Assembly (NCBI RefSeq): GCF_001194135.2
Contig: NC_068998.1
Location: 22,363,212-22,427,211, forward strand
Source of the DNA: Octopus bimaculoides
Lineage: Eukaryota
Direction of reading: 5' to 3'
Length of the DNA: 64,000 nt
Of the stretch, positions 26,248-39,049 are shown one piece after another. The position numbers and the translations under genes are program-made. The notes under the pieces were generated by a model that searched no databases, had not been told where the DNA came from, and was given only the letters and a program-made list of their open reading frames with translations. Every line of letters begins with the position of its first letter. Position 1 is the first letter of the stretch.

Positions 26248-26652
26248 GTAGCATTTAATACGGATTAGTTGTAAAGGATCATCCAAATAACAGATGCTTT
26301 CATTTCAAAAATCCCTAATAAGAAGATTATGTTGCACGACGAATCAACTGCAAATGTTCGTTTGTTGACATATTTTACATTACATGAATTTGCATCAAAC
26401 ACAATGAACGATCAAAGAGATAAAAATTGTACACATGTGTAAATAGACACTAACGTACAGAAAATCGGCAACATACAAATCAGTGGTACACACACACACA
26501 CGCACGCACGCACACACACACACACACACATACACACACACACAGAGACACAACATACACACATACACAAACTCATACATACGTATATACGTTTGTGAAA
26601 ATTACATTTGTGTGTATGTATGTGTATATGAATACATGTGTACATTCATATG

Positions 26653-26656
<4 letters not shown>

Positions 26657-26727
<71 letters not shown>
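26657..26727. repeat. (TA)n microsatellite
   Basis: Direct reading. Confidence 0.95.
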
Positions 26728-26731
<4 letters not shown>

Positions 26732-27329
26732 GAGTGGGGAGAGAGGGAGAGAGAGAGAGGGATAGGTTGACAAATAGATAGATTATCCATGTGCGCTTAT
26801 GTATAGAATCGATCAAATTGTACAGACATATTGTGTACAAATACTGATATTAATATTGAGTTTATGTAATGGCATAATTTTTCTCAAATGTTGGAATATG
26901 CCTGAATTTAGTTGCAGCTGTAGCTTAATTTGTTTCGGAATTTGAGTTTCACTTAACCGTGCGTCTTAAAAATAATGAAAAATTTCGTTTTAGTTGGGGT
27001 AAATCAAAGAATTGTGTGATCAGTTGAAATAGGTGGTATATGAATTGTGTGATAACTGTGACATCTATAAATTTATATTTGAATTTCACAAATTGTGCAA
27101 CAAATTAAAGGTTTCGTCTCTTCGTGACATAGCATTTATTCTACTAATTGTAATATATATGATAATGTATGAAGGAAAATTACATCATGTATAATAAAAG
27201 TTCTTCAGTGATATAGGCTAAAATATACACGTTATATATAGCAGTATACAGATACGATATTAAATAAAGATAGATTCGTTTGACTGACCTGAGGTACCTT
27301 TCAGTATAAAAAGAAGTAATATATATATA

Positions 27330-27339
27330 NNNNNNNNNN
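27330..27339. other. Assembly gap (10 N)
   Basis: N run. Confidence 1.
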
Positions 27340-27360
27340 GATATATATATATGTGTGTGC

Positions 27361-27505
27361 GTGTGGTAAAACGCTTGCTTTTCAACTATATGGTTTCTAC
27401 TTCAGTCCCACTGCATAGCACCTTTGATAACAGGCTTCTACTATAAACCCGGGCCGACGATAGATTTTTGCGTAGATTTGGTAGACAGAAACTGAAAGAA
27501 GCTGG
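27361..27505 (+). mobile_element. SINE family A, head half only
   Basis: gtgtggtaaaacgcttgct...cagtcccactgc...gggccgac...tttggtagacagaaactgaaagaagc. Confidence 0.8.
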
Positions 27506-28394
27506 ATTGCGTGTTCGCTTCCCTTTTTGTCATCTGTGATTTTATTTTGATCTTCTATATAAATGAAGATATTTTCTCCGTATGGCTGGTTTTTTTCTCT
27601 CTACAAAACGGCAAGTGACATTGCGGAACAGTCATCTTAACGAGTTGTATTTGTCACCCAACTAGATACATCCGCACAACCGGATGCTCCTGAACCAGTT
27701 GCTGAGAGTCTTACCCAAGAGCATGTGTGGAAACAATTGTGGTCATTAATAATAAATTCTTGTATATTTCACCTTTTGTCTTTCATTCGCTATATATATA
27801 AATAAAACAATGTTATTTTGTTCAACACGGGTAGAAATCTAGGAAAAATAGAAATTGAAATCGCACTGAGAATAAGTAACATATTTTTTATTAATATATT
27901 TAAATTTTAAACCTGTTTCACGGTTTGCACGTATTCCGTGTGGAATGCTTTACCAAAAAGGAACACTATAATTATCATTCAATATGATTACTGTGTTAGA
28001 ACATCTACATTGCTAGAAATAAGAGCTAAAAAGCTCTAATGCTGTAGTTAAAACACATAATTGCATTCATGTGTTCTGACATATACTGTAATCGCCACAA
28101 AGCACCGCTCGATAATTCCCTATACTGATAGGACAGTTATATATGGCGGGTGCATTTTCATCTAAGGATAGTCTCTGCAATCTCTAACTGACAGATTGCT
28201 TCTTCTTTGTCCTCAAGCTAAACACTAGGTGAGAAATATAATCCCTTAAAAATGATATTAAGAAGACACAAGTAAGTTTTGGTACCTTGTCATGGAGTGA
28301 AAAATTTCTGTATTTCGTCTACGCAACTTTCTAGATTATGATCGGTCTGTACGGTGTAAGTGTGTGAATGAGGTGTAGCTCCTGATAATGGCTT

Positions 28395-28585
28395 CAAATT
28401 TTGGCGATTTTCGGTGGAGGTTGTAAGATGATAGGCCCATTGTTAATCGGTACATATTCTATCGACTCCGAAAGGATGAAAGGCAAAGTCAACCACGGAG
28501 GAATTGTAACTCAGAACACAAAGACTTCCGAAATACCGCTAACTATTTTGCCAGGCGTGCTAATGATACTCCCGGCACGCTTCCT
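28395..28585 (-). mobile_element. SINE family B copy
   Basis: ttagcacgcctggcaaaat..gcggtatttcg..gttctgagttac..gactttgcctttcatcctttcggagtcgata on the minus strand. Confidence 0.8.
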
Positions 28586-29574
28586 TCATTGAGCTCAATA
28601 TATTAACGGTATCATTGTGTCGTGTCGATGAAAAGTTTATGATATATCTACAAATATTGTATCCACTCTACAACATGATATATTGCTTCCAATTCTTATA
28701 ATTCTTAGTCATCACTCCTACAAGATGTGTGGGTATCTCAGAGAGAGAGAGAGACAGACAGACAGAGAATATACATATTTTTATATATATGCATTATAGA
28801 TCCAATATAGTTAAAATCAACAAAACAATTACTCCATTTATTTGTCTTCTTATTTTCTCACTCTCCAGCGTCCTAGATTTCAAAATATTTCTAACCCATA
28901 AAGAGAAAGATTGCCTAGAGTTATATGACGTATTTTCTAAATATGCCTATTATAAGTATCTTACAATCATTAAATTACTAGTAGCTCGTTGTATGTATGC
29001 ATGCATGTATGTATGTATGTATGTATGTATGTATGTATGTATGTATGTATGTGCGTATGTATATGTATTTATATCCATCACACTCCCCCACGACCATGTA
29101 AAATATATCATGTGATCTCTTGGTTTACTAAGGTTTAATTATAACCATAAGCAACATTGTTAAGAGATATTGTCTTCGCATTTGAGTTGAATATCAATTT
29201 GCTAATGTTCTTTAGAAATTTTCGAAAAGATATTCTTGGAAGGATGAAATTAATTATATTGTAGTTACAATTTACAAGAGATGTTTTGAATGCGTGTACA
29301 CACACACACACACACACACACACGCACGCAAGCACGCACACACACACACATACACACACACACACACACATATATGCCCACAAAAAAGTTTGTATTCCAT
29401 GTTTTCGTATTTCGTATTTCATGTTGTTTACGTTCTGTGGTGTCCTGTGCCCATATATGCATGCGTATATACATATATGTAAGTATGTATATATAAGCAT
29501 GTATATATGCATATATATTTATATATTATTTATATTATATGATTGAATGCCACTCATCAATTTCCAAGTCAGTT

Positions 29575-29626
<52 letters not shown>

Positions 29627-29664
29627 GTCTCTCTCTCTCTCTCTGTATATACATATATATGTAT

Positions 29665-30320
29665 NNNNNNNNNNNNNNNNNNNNNNNNNNNNNNNNNNNN
29701 NNNNNNNNNNNNNNNNNNNNNNNNNNNNNNNNNNNNNNNNNNNNNNNNNNNNNNNNNNNNNNNNNNNNNNNNNNNNNNNNNNNNNNNNNNNNNNNNNNNN
29801 NNNNNNNNNNNNNNNNNNNNNNNNNNNNNNNNNNNNNNNNNNNNNNNNNNNNNNNNNNNNNNNNNNNNNNNNNNNNNNNNNNNNNNNNNNNNNNNNNNNN
29901 NNNNNNNNNNNNNNNNNNNNNNNNNNNNNNNNNNNNNNNNNNNNNNNNNNNNNNNNNNNNNNNNNNNNNNNNNNNNNNNNNNNNNNNNNNNNNNNNNNNN
30001 NNNNNNNNNNNNNNNNNNNNNNNNNNNNNNNNNNNNNNNNNNNNNNNNNNNNNNNNNNNNNNNNNNNNNNNNNNNNNNNNNNNNNNNNNNNNNNNNNNNN
30101 NNNNNNNNNNNNNNNNNNNNNNNNNNNNNNNNNNNNNNNNNNNNNNNNNNNNNNNNNNNNNNNNNNNNNNNNNNNNNNNNNNNNNNNNNNNNNNNNNNNN
30201 NNNNNNNNNNNNNNNNNNNNNNNNNNNNNNNNNNNNNNNNNNNNNNNNNNNNNNNNNNNNNNNNNNNNNNNNNNNNNNNNNNNNNNNNNNNNNNNNNNNN
30301 NNNNNNNNNNNNNNNNNNNN
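29665..30320. other. Assembly gap (N)
   Basis: N run. Confidence 1.
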
Positions 30321-30537
30321 TAATCATAAATATATAGGGATTGACAGTAACCTGCTTCTCCAACATACTGAGAATTCAGAAATAGCAGTCAAAGAACTAC
30401 TGATTTCAAAACTACAATCCCTATATATTTATGATTATAAATTTTTACCGAATGAAGGTTTTTTCATACTAAGCTACCCGGCAGAATTGTTAATTATTAA
30501 TTTTATTACTAATTGATGATTCCCTGCCCTGCATATC

Positions 30538-30571
<34 letters not shown>

Positions 30572-33169
30572 GTAGAATAATAAAGAGTATGTTTTCAAAA
30601 AGCATCAAATTATTTCATACCTGGTAAGGAATTAAAGGCATGTGTAGCGTAAGCACCATTTCCCCTGCTTATGGGGAAATGAATCTTAAGATTCATAAGG
30701 AATATGGAGGAATGTAATCCTGAAACGAACATTCGAACACGTTATTTTCCTCTAACATATTACTGAAACGTCTTTTTAATGCCTATTACTTCCTCGATAT
30801 TATATTTTGTATTTTTAAAAACGTCTTTTTCTATATTCAGTTATTAATTTTATTCATATTCCATTATTATCATGCTTATATATCTATATATCTATATGAC
30901 CTTGTATATTTTTAGTATTCATATATTCTTATATTTCTAATATATCAATAGATGTTTCAGATTGAACAATACTTATTTTATCCTAATTAAACCCGTATAT
31001 GTTTGTGTTAATCGTAGTTTGCCTGATTTGAAACTTTTCTATTGTATTTATTACACTTGTCTAGCGCTTCGGGTTCAGTTTGATAAACTTCTGCGCTATC
31101 TATTTTTCCGAAAGATTTTTAATATTAAAAATATATTTTTCATATTCTTTTCTCGTTTCTGTATATATTTTTTGCCTGTATACTTTAAAAAAAAATCTTT
31201 TGCTATTAAAGCAAACAGTAAAACACACGTTCTTCACTTTGAAAATGGTTACTTGAACACGGTTTGAAAACGGTTACATATGAGTGTAACTTACTCTAAA
31301 CACTATTATTAAGATTAAACTAAAAATTATTCCTTCCAAAACGACTCATTCTTTAAACACACACACACACACGCGCGTATGTGTGTGTGTGTGTGTGTGG
31401 TATGCGTTAATACTATATCTACATACATGCGTGTTTGTGTGTGTGCGTGCACGTGTGTGTGTGTTTTCAAAGCAAAACATTGATATTTACATACGCTTTT
31501 TTTTTTTTTAATAGTTACATCAATTTTAATTTAGATTCCCTGGGAAATATGTCAATTTGTGGCCATTCTGACATTCTGATACATACATGAATTATTTTAT
31601 ATTTCTGGACAAGCTAAGCCTACGTAAATATATTGGGTAAACATTGCACGTAGATACTTGTAATTAAAGTAAATAGAGTGGAGCGCATACGCTCATTTTT
31701 CCTTAATATTTGGCTATGGTTAAACTGAAATTGATAAATTTAAAGTCTCTTTGTCTAAATTAGAAGGTACATATATCATAGAATTAGATAACACGTGTAT
31801 TGAGATGAATAGAAATGTACTATATGAACATTTATTTCATATCTGGAAGATACAATTTCGTATTATTACAGTTTGATTTCGTATTTGTATTGATCACGTA
31901 CTAAAATACGGTTTCATCCTATCTCCTTAACATCACCTATTTAGACTAGTTGTAAGTTAACAAGTAGGCTTTTGTGAAATTTTGTTAGTTGAGTTTAAAT
32001 TGATGTGTGAAATTTGCTAACATATAGAAAAGTATATTTTTACTAGTGATGCTGCTATTTCTACAGCACATAATTGATTATATCAGCATAAAATTGATTC
32101 CCTTATCTCTAATATTCTTATCGTTATAGACAATAAGATCTAAATAAATTGCTTTCGTTTTTCCACAATAACACCTACACTCTTTCGCATCTCGCTAAAA
32201 TCTCGTTATACATCATTGAAAGTTCGGTGAAAATATATATTCTGAAGTTGGAATGCTTCTAACAGGATCTTTAAGGTTGCATTTATCTTCGCATTTCAGT
32301 GATTTATCGTACCTAAACTGGATGTTATGGAAGCCAGTTGAAATCTGTTTATATATTACATGGGAAACGTTGATCATTATTATATTATTATACAACTTAA
32401 ATCATTCCAGTCACAGAAGTATGCTTTATTGACTGCTAGGAGATATTCATTGACGACATGTAGTCAATCACTAAGCATTGGCATGGAACATTTGATACAA
32501 TTCGTGAATTAGATATCAGTTAATAATATGTGTAATCTCAACTGATGAACTAACGTACATATTCCAGTCGAATGAGATTTTCAGAGATTTTGTCCATTCA
32601 TAGAACGTCGTCAAACACAATGAACAACTTCATGGATTGCATGACAAATTCTATTTTAGGCCGCCCGATGATGGTAACAGAATTTTGAACACAACATGTC
32701 TTTAAAACTTTGATGCATTCTTTATCACAAAGTCTGGATAACAGCCAAGAACTTCATATTCTTTATACACTGCACTGCTGCACCTACGTACAAAATAGAA
32801 CGAAATTTAGAATGTATCTTATATGTTTTATACTGCACAGAGAATGTAGGAAACGTAGTTAATACATAAACAATTATTTAAGAGAGTAGACAAATAATGG
32901 ATGTCATGAAAATTTCACTCCTGAAGCTGATGGACCAGGTAGCAAAAATGAATTCGCTTTGAAATTTCATGTCCGTATTAGGATATAGGAGGTTGAAAAA
33001 AATATATAGAACACTAGTATATTGATTGAGAGCTAAATTAAATTATAGAGATTCCAAATTTCACACACGGTCACACACTCAGTTTTCTCATCTGTATAAG
33101 GAAACAGGAAAGCATACAAATATATGAACATAAGTGCTTGCACACACATACATACACACCAATATGTGC

Positions 33170-33210
<41 letters not shown>

Positions 33211-33286
33211 CATACACACACATATGTATATATATATGTGTGTGTGTGTGTGTGTATGCATATATATATATACATATAGATATATA

Positions 33287-33788
33287 CAGTGTACATTTAA
33301 ACAGATAAGACAGATGGCCATAATAGGACATCTAACCCCTAGAAGGAGCAGTCAAACTCCAAACCACAATTAGGGATAATTTCGAAAAGGAATGAAAAAA
33401 AAAAAACATTTACCATCTAATACCTGAACCAAAGTTTCAAGCTATTTTCAGCAAAATAAAATAATTTGCTAGGCCAGCTATCTTCAGTAGGAAAGCCAAG
33501 ATTAACACATAAATACGAGGCAATACATGGAAACATGCCACGTGCTTATATATTATAATTTTTCATATCTTGGCTTTCCTGCTGATGATAGCTGGCCTAG
33601 CAAATAATCTTATTTTGCAGAAGATAACTTGAATCCTTGTTTCAGGAAATAGAGAGTAAATGTTTTTTTTTTTACTTTTCATTCCCTTTCGAAATTATCC
33701 CTAATTGTGGTTGGGAGATTGACTGCTCCTTCTAGTGGGTTAGATGTCCTATTATGGACATCTCTCTTATGTGTTTAAATGTACACTG
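33287..33788. mobile_element. Foldback element with ~215-bp inverted arms and a ~65-bp spacer
   Basis: Arm 33287-33502 (cagtgtacatttaaac...ggaaagccaagat) is mirrored by 33567-33788; TA dinucleotides flank both ends. Confidence 0.9.
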
Positions 33789-33894
33789 TATGTATTTATA
33801 TGAATAATATATAGTCTATTGAACTAGTTTTTTTTCTTCTCGCTAGAACACTGGTAGCAAAAAGAAATTCTAAATTTTTTGCTACCCTATGATT

Positions 33895-33960
33895 TTTCTT
33901 CTTCTTCTTCTTCTTCTTCTTCTTCTTCTTCTTCTTCTTCTTCTTCTTCTTCTTCTTCTT

Positions 33961-34031
<71 letters not shown>
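33895..34031. repeat. (TTC)n then (ATT)n microsatellite
   Basis: Direct reading. Confidence 0.95.
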
Positions 34032-34154
34032 CAATAATATGTATATATATATATATATATAATTATACCATATGTTATATATATAATTATATCATATGTT
34101 ATATATATATATATATAAATATATATATACATAAATATATATATATATATAATA

Positions 34155-34580
34155 TATGGTATAATTATAAGCAGGGCAAATTTTAGCTATTTCTCTGCAG
34201 ACTGAAAAAAAATGATAAACAACCTTAATAGATTTTCGAACCTTTTGAGGGTTCTCATCAGAGGCGTCGACACTATTCTGACACCTTCCAGAAGAACAAG
34301 CAACCAAACCTTTTAAATACACCACAAATGTAACAGTTACTCTATGATAGAGTCTCTATTTGCATAGGGCTCTTAGTCCACACAGTATCAAAGTATGATA
34401 TAATATGTAACATACGGTATAATTATAAACAGGGCAAATTTTAGCTATTTCTCTGCGGACCGAAAAAAAAATGATGAACAACCTTAATCGATTTACGAAA
34501 CTTTTGGGGTTTTCCTCAAAGGCGTCTACACCATTCTGACAGTCTCCAGCATATACATATATACATACACCACAACAGAA
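34155..34580 (-). repeat. Two direct repeats, period ~259 bp, carrying hammerhead-like motifs
   Basis: ggtataattataa.cagggcaaattttagctatttctctgc...ttctgaca occurs at ~34158 and ~34417. Confidence 0.9.
34222..34265 (-). ncRNA. Minimal type I hammerhead ribozyme motif
   Basis: Minus strand reads GCCU-CUGAUGA-GAACC-cucaaaa-GGUUC-GAAA-AUCUAU-UA-AGGU: all core nucleotides present, 5-bp stem II, 4-bp stem I, very short stem III. Confidence 0.75.
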
Positions 34581-35924
34581 ATATGAAGGTAGAAAATCAC
34601 TTGTTTGATTATTAGTTCTACTGTTACAATACAGACGATTAAAATATTTAGATATTTGGATACCGAAAATATCAGTCAAATTAATATAGCCGAAAGTACA
34701 TGTTCACACGTAATCAAGGAAATCTAAATTTGGTTGAATTCCCCGAGAACTAAGAAGATATCTTTACTTGCCGAACGCAAATAAGAAAAACGTCAAGAAC
34801 AATGTAATTCTAAGGAAAACTAGTTTGGTATTCAACTTTTGATTACTTTAATGGATAACAAAAGAATAAAAAAATAAACACATGGATTATACGTTGCGAC
34901 CATTAGAAACATAGGGATTGTACGTCACAACAATTAGTTATCTGTCTTATTGAACATGCTAAACAGTTTTAGAAAAATTATACTGCTTATATTATATGGA
35001 CTGTAATTATAATTATGAAATAAAATATTTAAATGCCGTTCTAATTTTTTGACATTTCAATGAAAATTGTCAGCTTAATGTCATGATATTAATCTTGTAG
35101 TAATTATATAACACATTTCCTCAAGGCAAAGGTCACATTTAAAAATTACCAGTATTGTATGATGAGGTGTAAGTAATAACAGACCAATATTAAATCATAC
35201 TTAGTGTTCTTATGTATCAAATTACAAATGAATTTACTCTAGTGATTATAATTACCCCCCCCCCCCTTCAATAATTAAATGAATGAAATGGTTATGAAAT
35301 CGAGATTTCCAAATTATAGCAGATGAACCTATGAAATAACACATATGATCCCTGGTATGACCTTACATTGTCACACTATATTTCTCCTGATTTTCTAAAG
35401 GACAGATAAATCCCTTTTACGATTACACAGGCATTTATTCACTAGTTCATGGTTTTTAAAGATTAATTACTAATCCTGCTCTCAGAATGAGGTGTTAAGG
35501 CAGGATTATTATTAGTCTTGTAATTAATATTAAAAGTAGGTTTTAACTTTATTATCAGTCAGAATTTTACTTGTGTCTAAATCTAGCCAGATATTTTTAC
35601 TAGGGATATGCTATTTATGGAGAGATTTATTATAAAAAAAAACTAACGTGTGGGAAAATAGAGTTACTTCCCTTAAACTGTATAGTTACTTATTAGTATA
35701 GTTATTTCCCTTAGTCCTATTCATGCACACTGTTGGTTATATCCTCCCTAATAAGATTGATGCATTGTTCCACATTATGCATCCTCTCGGTTTTATTTTA
35801 ATGCATCTATGGAAACATATGTCGGTGATACGATGATACAAATGGTTTAAATAACATATTGAGCGTGTGAGTCTCCATTTTCCATTATTCTCTCTCTCTC
35901 TCTCTCACTCTCACACACACACAC

Positions 35925-35969
<45 letters not shown>

Positions 35970-35970
35970 C

Positions 35971-36095
35971 ACGAGGGCTTCTTTCAGCTTCCGTTTACTT
36001 ATCCATTGTCAAGATTTTTATCGACCTTAGGCTGTAGCAGAAGACACTTCATCAAGGTGCCACGTAGTGGACTGAGCCCGGAACCATATTCTGCA
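35971..36095 (-). mobile_element. SINE family A, head half
   Basis: ggttccgggctcagtccactacgtggcaccttg..gtgtcttctgctacagcc..ggaagctgaaagaagccc on the minus strand. Confidence 0.8.
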
Positions 36096-36109
36096 AATAA
36101 TATTTAAAA

Positions 36110-36847
36110 GCTTTAAAGTACGTGGGTGGAAACCTTAAGCCTTGAGTTTCGGTGTTTCTTCTTTCCCTACCAAATGTCTTCGGCGCTTGATATTTTTATA
36201 GAGAACCCGTTTCTCGTCACCAGTCACAATTCGGTCTAAAAAAGGTTCGTTTCGGAGCCGTGAAAGCAAAGAAGAGCACACATTCATTCTGCGCGCGATT
36301 AGACTCGGAATGTTTGAGAGTAAACATAGACACAATTTGGTGGCTTTCCCGATGTCACACAGGTGTCAATAAATGGCTGAATGACCAAATCAAAGATAGT
36401 TCCTCAACAGTTACGATGGGAATTTGTTCAACCAGGGTTTGCAGGACGTCCTCGTCGAGCTCTCCGGATTTTTCAGGTCGAGGCAAGTCTTCCAGGCTGT
36501 AGTTTCCGGTTCGTAAATTTCTGGAACCACCGTTGACACTGGCTCGCGCTTATTATTCAATTCCCATACATTGCATTAATGTTCCCCGCAGTTTCCATTG
36601 CGTCATTGCCTTTATTGAACTCATACAGCAAAATATGCCGAATATGCTCCATTGTCACTTCCATTACAGTTTTAAAAAATAACAGGTAAGATCGAACCGC
36701 ACTCGTCAAAACTTGCTGTAAGAATAAGTACAAGGTAAAATTAGTAGCTGCTTTTATAGGAAAAGTCAGGTAGTTTGTCTTGTACCCCTGCGATTTTTAG
36801 CTCATACAATTGAAGAAACCGCATTATTTATGAGATAAAACAATATA
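36110..36847 (-). mobile_element. Mariner transposon, 5' half (3'-truncated), disrupted transposase
   Basis: CSSLLSRLRNEPFLDRIVTGDEKRVLYKNIKRRR (first catalytic D motif); upstream HTH-like segments; terminus-like sequence near 36845. Confidence 0.88.
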
Positions 36848-36854
36848 TACATAT

Positions 36855-36929
36855 ATACGACGGGCTTTTACAGCTTCCGTCAACCAGTTCTTTTTACAAG
36901 GATGTGGTCAGCCCACGGGTGTAGCAGAA

Positions 36930-36930
<1 letters not shown>
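36855..36930 (-). mobile_element. SINE family A fragment
   Basis: atatacgacgggcttttacagcttccgtc matches the head/microsatellite junction. Confidence 0.6.
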
Positions 36931-36961
<31 letters not shown>

Positions 36962-37089
36962 NNNNNNNNNNNNNNNNNNNNNNNNNNNNNNNNNNNNNNN
37001 NNNNNNNNNNNNNNNNNNNNNNNNNNNNNNNNNNNNNNNNNNNNNNNNNNNNNNNNNNNNNNNNNNNNNNNNNNNNNNNNNNNNNNNNN
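36962..37089. other. Assembly gap (N)
   Basis: N run flanked by (TA)n. Confidence 1.
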
Positions 37090-38458
37090 TATATATATAT
37101 ATATATATTAGTATTGTATTTCGTGTTTAATTGTAATTCGTTATCAAATACTGCTTATTTTATTTCATCTCTTGTATCTTTGTTCTTCATTTTGCGGCTC
37201 ATTATATTGCTATCATCGACTGGTCTATTTCAGTTTGACTCCGTATCACTTAATCTGTACACTGTTATAATTGATTTGATGTAAGACTTATTTCAAAATT
37301 ATTTTAGAGGAAATTCCTAGGAAGATGTAGTATTACAACATCTGAATTTCAGTTGACGTTTATGATCAATATGATATATATTAAGTACCAACTGAAACGT
37401 TCGTAATGAATTATCTAATATATCAACTGCTTGCCTCTTGCTTGTTCTCTTAAGTTCTCTGTTATTTTGCTTCTTACGAAATACTCCCAATCCGTACTGG
37501 TGCTGCATTTATTTCATTTTACCTCTGTTGGAGTTTAACACAGAGAATGGTCAAACCCAAACCGCGTATTGTAATTTGTCGCATATGAACCGCATCACTA
37601 CCTAGTTATTCAAATAAACAAATATTGTATACACGCACACACGAACACATTCGCTGTGCACACACGCACCCACACACACACACACACAAACACACACACA
37701 AACACACACACAAACACACACACACAAATAGATACATGTGTGTGTATTCGTATGTTAAATATGCATTTATAATTTCCAAACATAACTGAGAAAACATCAA
37801 GCATAAGTTTACATATGTTTTACGTCACATATTGTATATTGTTTGTATGTGGACGCACACATAGACACGGACACACGCAATTCCACATACACACACACGC
37901 GCGCGCAAAAACAAAAATACACATTCTCCTAAATATAGACATAGGTGCATTTGAGACATGTCCAGGAATTAAATTTTGGAATGAATTGTATCATACTAAA
38001 GCTCAGCTGTTTTCTAATGTTCATAACGCAAGTTAAGTATAGAGACAATGTTTGAAGTCATGTGCTTTTTTAAATGGAAATCCCGAGCGAAACTTCCTTT
38101 TCTAATGCATCTTTTCATATTAGCAGATCCTTGAAGAACATTTTAATTGAAATTGTGGTTTCTTATTAATTTGATTTTCAAGTAATATTCCCTTTTGTAT
38201 ATTAATTTGCAATCATTTTGCTATCTCTAAACTAGTTTTAAAATATATAATTTACTCAAAGGGAGAAATTATTTTCTTCTATTTTAAGTTTTGAATATCC
38301 GACAACTCAATATAAGGATAGGAGAATTATATATATATATATATATATTCATTTTTTCATTTTATCTAGTTTCATCTCATGAGCTGTGGCTTTGCTATAT
38401 ATAGTATTTTATTCTTTTATTCTTTTACACACACACACATATTCTTCTATTCTTATAT

Positions 38459-38633
38459 NNNNNNNNNNNNNNNNNNNNNNNNNNNNNNNNNNNNNNNNNN
38501 NNNNNNNNNNNNNNNNNNNNNNNNNNNNNNNNNNNNNNNNNNNNNNNNNNNNNNNNNNNNNNNNNNNNNNNNNNNNNNNNNNNNNNNNNNNNNNNNNNNN
38601 NNNNNNNNNNNNNNNNNNNNNNNNNNNNNNNNN
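38459..38633. other. Assembly gap (N)
   Basis: N run. Confidence 1.
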
Positions 38634-39049
38634 ACGCAGATTGAGAATAGATGGAAAAGCACAGATTTGTTTTACAGGATTAAGGAGTATATTAGAGTCA
38701 CAATAATAAAGATGTTATACAATTATGTAGAAAATAAGATTTTGTTCTTTCAACATAATTAAACTAAGGACCAGTTTCGCATTGCTTCTCAAGATAAAAT
38801 GTTGTAAAATATACATATTGCTAAGGGGAAAACATATTACTACGGGAGATAATTGTTCATTCATTTATTTCACAGTAAAGGGGAAGTGTATCTGTAAGTT
38901 TTTTGGTCTGTATTTTATTCTGGCTTATATATTACAACATATATGTAAATCCTATACTTTTGATATGGTTTCATACTTAATTCTGTCTTATATTTTTGGT
39001 TCAATGAAGCTTCTTTATTCAGTCTTCCTTTGCCCCCTTCACGGGATAG

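Noticed and set aside
30321-30520. NHKYIG...IAVKELLISKL as a GIY-YIG fragment
   Set aside because: Too short, directly next to a gap, and motif spacing is not convincing.
33575-33625. CTGATGA-tagctggccta-gcaaa as a functional hammerhead
   Set aside because: GAAA is replaced by GCAAA and no valid NUH plus stem I could be built.
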